A stretch of 64,000 nt of DNA, taken from positions 17,794,001-17,858,000 of the forward strand of contig NC_043006.1 of NCBI RefSeq assembly GCF_006345805.1. Direction: 5' to 3'. Both the position numbers and the translations under genes were made by a program. Below the pieces are notes generated by a model. The model did no database searches and was not told the DNA's origin. It saw nothing but the letters and a program-made list of their open reading frames with translations. The stretch comes from Octopus sinensis (Eukaryota). Shown here piece by piece: positions 59,937-64,000 of the stretch (within the stretch, counting starts at the first letter, position 1; each line of letters starts with the position of its first letter).

Positions 59937-60159
59937 TACCTGAATAGCTAAGCAATCTATTACATTCATGTTTATAAACTCTTACATATTTTATTTGGCA
60001 TATTTTGGCTGACAATGGCTGAACAGCTGCTTATTCTGTGAGCATGTTGTAGAAACAGTCTGAATAAGAAGAAATATTTGAATTATTTAGATTGAATAGA
60101 CATGGCGCTACACCTACGCTGGTCTGTAGTCTTTAAATTGCAATATTACTTTCTCGTTT

Positions 60160-60465
60160 GTATGGTGGCAAGCTAGCAGAATTGTTAGCACACCAGGCAA
60201 AATGTCACTGGGGTTCAAATGCTGCCAGGGTCAACTTTGCTTTTCATCCTTTTGGAGTTGACATTGCTTGAAATTACTGGCCGTATTTTGTCTGCCATTA
60301 CGGTCTGAGTTCAAATTCCGCCGAGGTCGACTTTGCCTTTCATCGTTTCGGGGTCGATTAAATAAGTACCAGTTACGCACTGGGGTCGATATAATCGACT
60401 TAATCCGTTTGTCTGTCCTTGTTTGTCCTCTCTGTGTTTAGCCCCTTGTGGATAGTAAAGAAATA
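60160..60465 (+). mobile_element. SINE family B, two partial copies
   Basis: gagttcaaattccgccgaggtcgactttgcc...gtggatagtaaagaaatagg. Confidence 0.85.
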
Positions 60466-61953
60466 GGTTATTGCAATCTGACGTGGTTCTTATTTGGAGT
60501 TGCTGCTCTCCTAAATGACTTGGAGAACCTTATAGCTGGATGCCTTCCTTACACCCACCACTTTGCAGAATGTATTGAATGCATTGTGGTACCATGAATA
60601 GAGAGACTGTCTTGTCCTCAACAAGACTGAAACATCATCTCCATCGTACATTTTAAGTTCAATTTCTGACACAGTCTCTGAATGATATCCAACTTCCGTA
60701 CAATATATTGAATGCAATTTTGTCCTTTTTGCTTTTGTTTTGCATCTGTGTTCTCTTTAATTTGCAATTAGTTACAAGAAGAAATTTCTGTTTTTGACAG
60801 TTTTAATGTTTCTCAACAGACAAACTTCTTAGGAGTGACAGTCTGTGTGGGCGCTTGGAAATAGTCTTTAGCCATAAAGAAAATTTGCTACTGTAATTAC
60901 TTTCAATTGATTTATTCATATTATCTGATCTCTTTAGCAACATGTGAAAATTATGATGTCATGATTGAAGACTTCCACAGTCTATTATTTGTCTATTATT
61001 TGGTATTCCCATGAAACAGTTAGAAGAAACAAGACTGTTAAAAATATGGTCTTAGTAATTCCATTTCTCTCAATTTATTATTTGAAAAAAATTTATAATT
61101 ATTCTTTATCTGAAAGTGTTACATGTACTGAATAGCAGAATTGGTTGAGCAACAAAGACAGTGTCTTGATGCCTTGCAATATCTAGTTATATTCCTTAAT
61201 ATTCTGTATTCAATACCTGTTCAGGTGAAATTTTTCCTTTTATCCTTGAAGGAAAGGAGTCCATAAAATAAAACACCAGTCATATACAGGAATCAATTCA
61301 ATTGGTTGTCTCCTCCTTAAAACACCTGGCCTTGTGTTAGTGTTAGTAATAAGTTGGATAGAATTTTTGCCCCCTCTAAAAATGATCAACATTGGCCTTG
61401 TGCCTGATATGGAAACAACAAAAAAGAAAAAAAAAAGGGGGAATCAGTAGAAGAGAAATAGCAACACTTCAACTAAAACTAATTGTTGTTTAACTCCAGG
61501 TCACATTTCTGATCTAACAGAGCTATGACAAAATGAATCTCAATTGTGACTATCCTGTCTTTTACCTATGGGCAGGATTACACTATCATATGCGTTCTTT
61601 TTCGAAGATGGTAGAGTACGGTTTCAGAGAGATTTGGTTACTGTTTTGCATTTCATGCAAGAAAAAAATATTCCTTCCAATTTGTTTATCAATGACTTGG
61701 AATGGCAGTGCTATCTAGTGGTGAACTGACAGAATTTCAGCATCAACTGATAATAAAATTTTAGCATTTGTCATCTACATGAAATGATTTTGGGGGATGT
61801 CAACAGCAATCTATGGCTTTATAAACAACACATCCTGTAATAACTGTTACAGCTCAAGCGTTGTATTGGGTATGGCTCCTTCAGATGAATTTGTTAAACC
61901 AAAACACCTCACCGATATTCAGTACCTGCTAAAATCAGGTTTAAATTCAATAT

Positions 61954-62370
61954 TTAACCCTTTTGATACCAACCCAGATGAGACTGACCCTGGCTCTATG
62001 ATACAAACTTCGTGTTTTCACCCTTTCAATATCAACCCATCTGCAACCATTCTTGGTTCTAATATACAAATTCTTTGTTCTAAAATGAGCTAAATTAAAA
62101 CCTTCAATCAAAATTTTATTTTGAATTATGTTCCTGTATAATAACGTCAAAATTATTTTAATAAGTTCTTTATTTTCAAAATTAATTGAAATAAAGGTTG
62201 TATATTTAGACAGAAATATGGTAAGAGAAGGGTTAAATTTATCTAAATTGAAACCTTCCATCAAAATTTAATGCTAATGTATTTTTCAAAAACCAGCTTA
62301 ATAATGACAAGGTTCGTTATTTTCAAAATTAATTCAAGCAAAAGCAGAAATATGATAACAAAAAGGTTAA
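61954..62370. mobile_element. Composite piggyBac-type MITE
   Basis: TTAA|CCCTTTTGATACC start; AAGGGTTAA and AAAGGTTAA ends at about 62238 and 62370. Confidence 0.7.
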
Positions 62371-63394
62371 GATATCTTCATATTTCATAGATCTGTGAAA
62401 TTATTTTTCGAAAATAAGAAAAGAATTTCCTTTAGAAGGCTTTGTTTCTTTTTGTCTTTAACATGACATGAGGAAGAATTTATATTGGCAGTAATAATAG
62501 TGAGAAAATGATTGTTTAGAAAATATGTATATATGTGTCAAACCTCATTTTATTTTAATAATTTTTTTTTTTCAATTTGTAATAACGATGCTCAGATCTC
62601 GTAAATTATTTTTGTGTGTAAAATTTCAGGATACATATCCTTGTGTATGCATAGATACATGACCTTCAAAAACATAAAATGTGATTGTGATTTGATTATT
62701 GTGAGATAGGTGTGTGTTAGCCACTAAACATATGGTTTTGTTGCAAATATTTCTTAGGAAACCATCTGACTGTTTCCCTCTCTCTCTTGTATACAGACAA
62801 ATATATATGTCTATAATATGTGTGTGTATGTGTGGCTATGTGTTTTAGTAGTTTCAGGTTCAGGCCATTGTATGACATCTTGAGCAGGTGTCTTCTATTA
62901 TAGCCCCAGGCCAGGTGTGTGTCTATGTATGTTTGTCTTCTTGTCTTGGCATCATGTGTGAGTTTTAAATGAGTGTTAGTTTCGTACAAACAGTGCCATT
63001 CGTCTCCAATATTCTGTGAGAACATGTTTGGACATGGAAGAATATTACCTTGCTTGGAAACAAGGGTGGTCTTGAGTGGATTAATATGAAAGGAGTTTGG
63101 TATAAATGTCAAGGCTTAAGTTTTACATCATAACCATTTTAAATGTTTAAGATAATGCATTTTACCATTTCACTCTAAACAAGCCTTTCTATTCAATTAC
63201 TGCATTTTATATAAGTATAAATTAACAATTAAACAAGGAGTACAGAACTAGGTTTCTTACAACTTGATATGATTTAGCCTATAATGATCTATTATAATTA
63301 TTATCATTATACATATGTAGCACATAAGAAGACAAAGAAAAAAGGGAGGAAGAAAAAAAGAAAGGAAAAACATCAATGCAGCACCAAGTGTTTC

Positions 63395-63815
63395 AATTGG
63401 TTGCAGACCACAAGGTTCAATGGAACCTACTGAAGTAAGCCAGCATGCTTGCAGCATTACCATGGGTGATGGTGAGGCTAAGGCATTTGAAAAGCCAAGT
63501 GCCCTCACAGACATCATGTGACACCTTGGTGAGGCAAACTGCCAACGATGACAAGAACTTTGCAATCCCTCCAAACATCTCAAATGCCACAGGTTGGAAA
63601 AGACAGTTCACTGCCAATTTCCAATACTTCAGGAAAGCAGTGGCCCTCCCATTTACTGAAGCATCCAGGATGTGAGAGGGAGCAAAAGAGTCACAGATCA
63701 CGGTGTCCCAGATGAGGCACCAACTTCTTACCCAGGGACAGAGGATAAGACCATCTGGTCTCTTCCCATCACTTCTGGATAATCACTCCAGCTTCAGAAC
63801 AGAGGGGATATTAAT
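63395..63815 (-). mobile_element. CRE-clade non-LTR retrotransposon endonuclease remnant
   Basis: Minus strand RSDGKRPDGLILCPW...LIWDTVICDSFAPS...KYWKL...FQPVAFEMFG...WLFKCLSLTITHGNAASML matches the CRE pattern RPDG..PW..WDVT..DT.A.S..KY..F.P.A.ET.G..QRGNAA. Confidence 0.8.
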
Positions 63816-63977
63816 CTGAGCCGAAACCATGCAAGATATAAAAATATAGATTGATAGTTTTATCTGGTATTTCAATATTTCAGTATTTGGACACCTTCCA
63901 CAGAAAACCTTGTATTATTTTTATAATTTGCATTGTTTTGGCCTTTAAAAGAATAAAATTGAAAACATTTACATATA

Positions 63978-64000
63978 TTGGGTCAACCCATAAATGATGC
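63978..64000 (+). mobile_element. Start of a mariner-family element running off the window
   Basis: TA|TTGGGTCAACCCATAAATGATGC, the same TIR as at 26609. Confidence 0.6.

Noticed and set aside
533-63701. Most ORFs in the supplied six-frame track
   Set aside because: They are read-throughs of (TA)n/(CA)n/(ATC)n microsatellites or SINE bodies (YIYIY, HTHT, LDALPNANH repeats); the only ones with real homology are TRPM exon overlaps and transposon remnants.
54925-64000. Next conserved TRPM exon (expected xGPxNTL...VRDVKK)
   Set aside because: Not found by reading; RHGA at about 60100 and GYIS at about 62630 run into stops and lack homology, so the exon is presumably beyond the window.
1-64000. 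miR-204/miR-211 homologue (hosted in vertebrate TRPM3/TRPM1 introns)
   Set aside because: No TTCCCTTTGTCATCC-like sequence was noticed; the family is vertebrate-restricted.

Overview
AT-rich, microsatellite- and SINE-dense animal intronic DNA. The repeat repertoire (tRNA-headed SINEs, a (GAT)n-tailed SINE, piggyBac/mariner MITEs) strongly suggests an Octopus (coleoid cephalopod) genome; this is inferred from repeat recognition, not from a search. The window lies inside one + strand gene, a TRPM3/Drosophila-trpm-like cation channel. Five consecutive N-terminal (MHR-region) exons at 15650-15833, 19511-19634, 28496-28559, 39147-39271 and 54790-54924 splice in frame via GT-AG introns of 3.7, 8.9, 10.6 and 15.5 kb; the flanking exons lie outside the window. 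The rest is transposon debris: R4/Dong, CR1, RTE and CRE LINE fragments (almost all antisense to the gene), an inverted pair of DD37D maT derivatives, mariner pieces, Helitrons, piggyBac-type MITEs and about four SINE families. Best leads: (1) an unannotated in-frame exon with a perfect GTAAGT donor (49163-49294) in a TE-free island, either a cassette or an alternative first exon for an N-truncated channel; (2) a second acceptor in exon D giving +/-8 aa; (3) an ancient duplicated segment downstream of exon E with conserved AACAG acceptors (possible alternative terminal exons); (4) several near-perfect fold-back structures in the pre-mRNA (candidate ADAR/Dicer substrates); (5) a decayed tandem repeat carrying hammerhead-ribozyme-like cores. 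No rRNA, true tRNA or CRISPR features were seen. Repeat boundaries are approximate (tens of bp) unless TIR/TSD coordinates are quoted.
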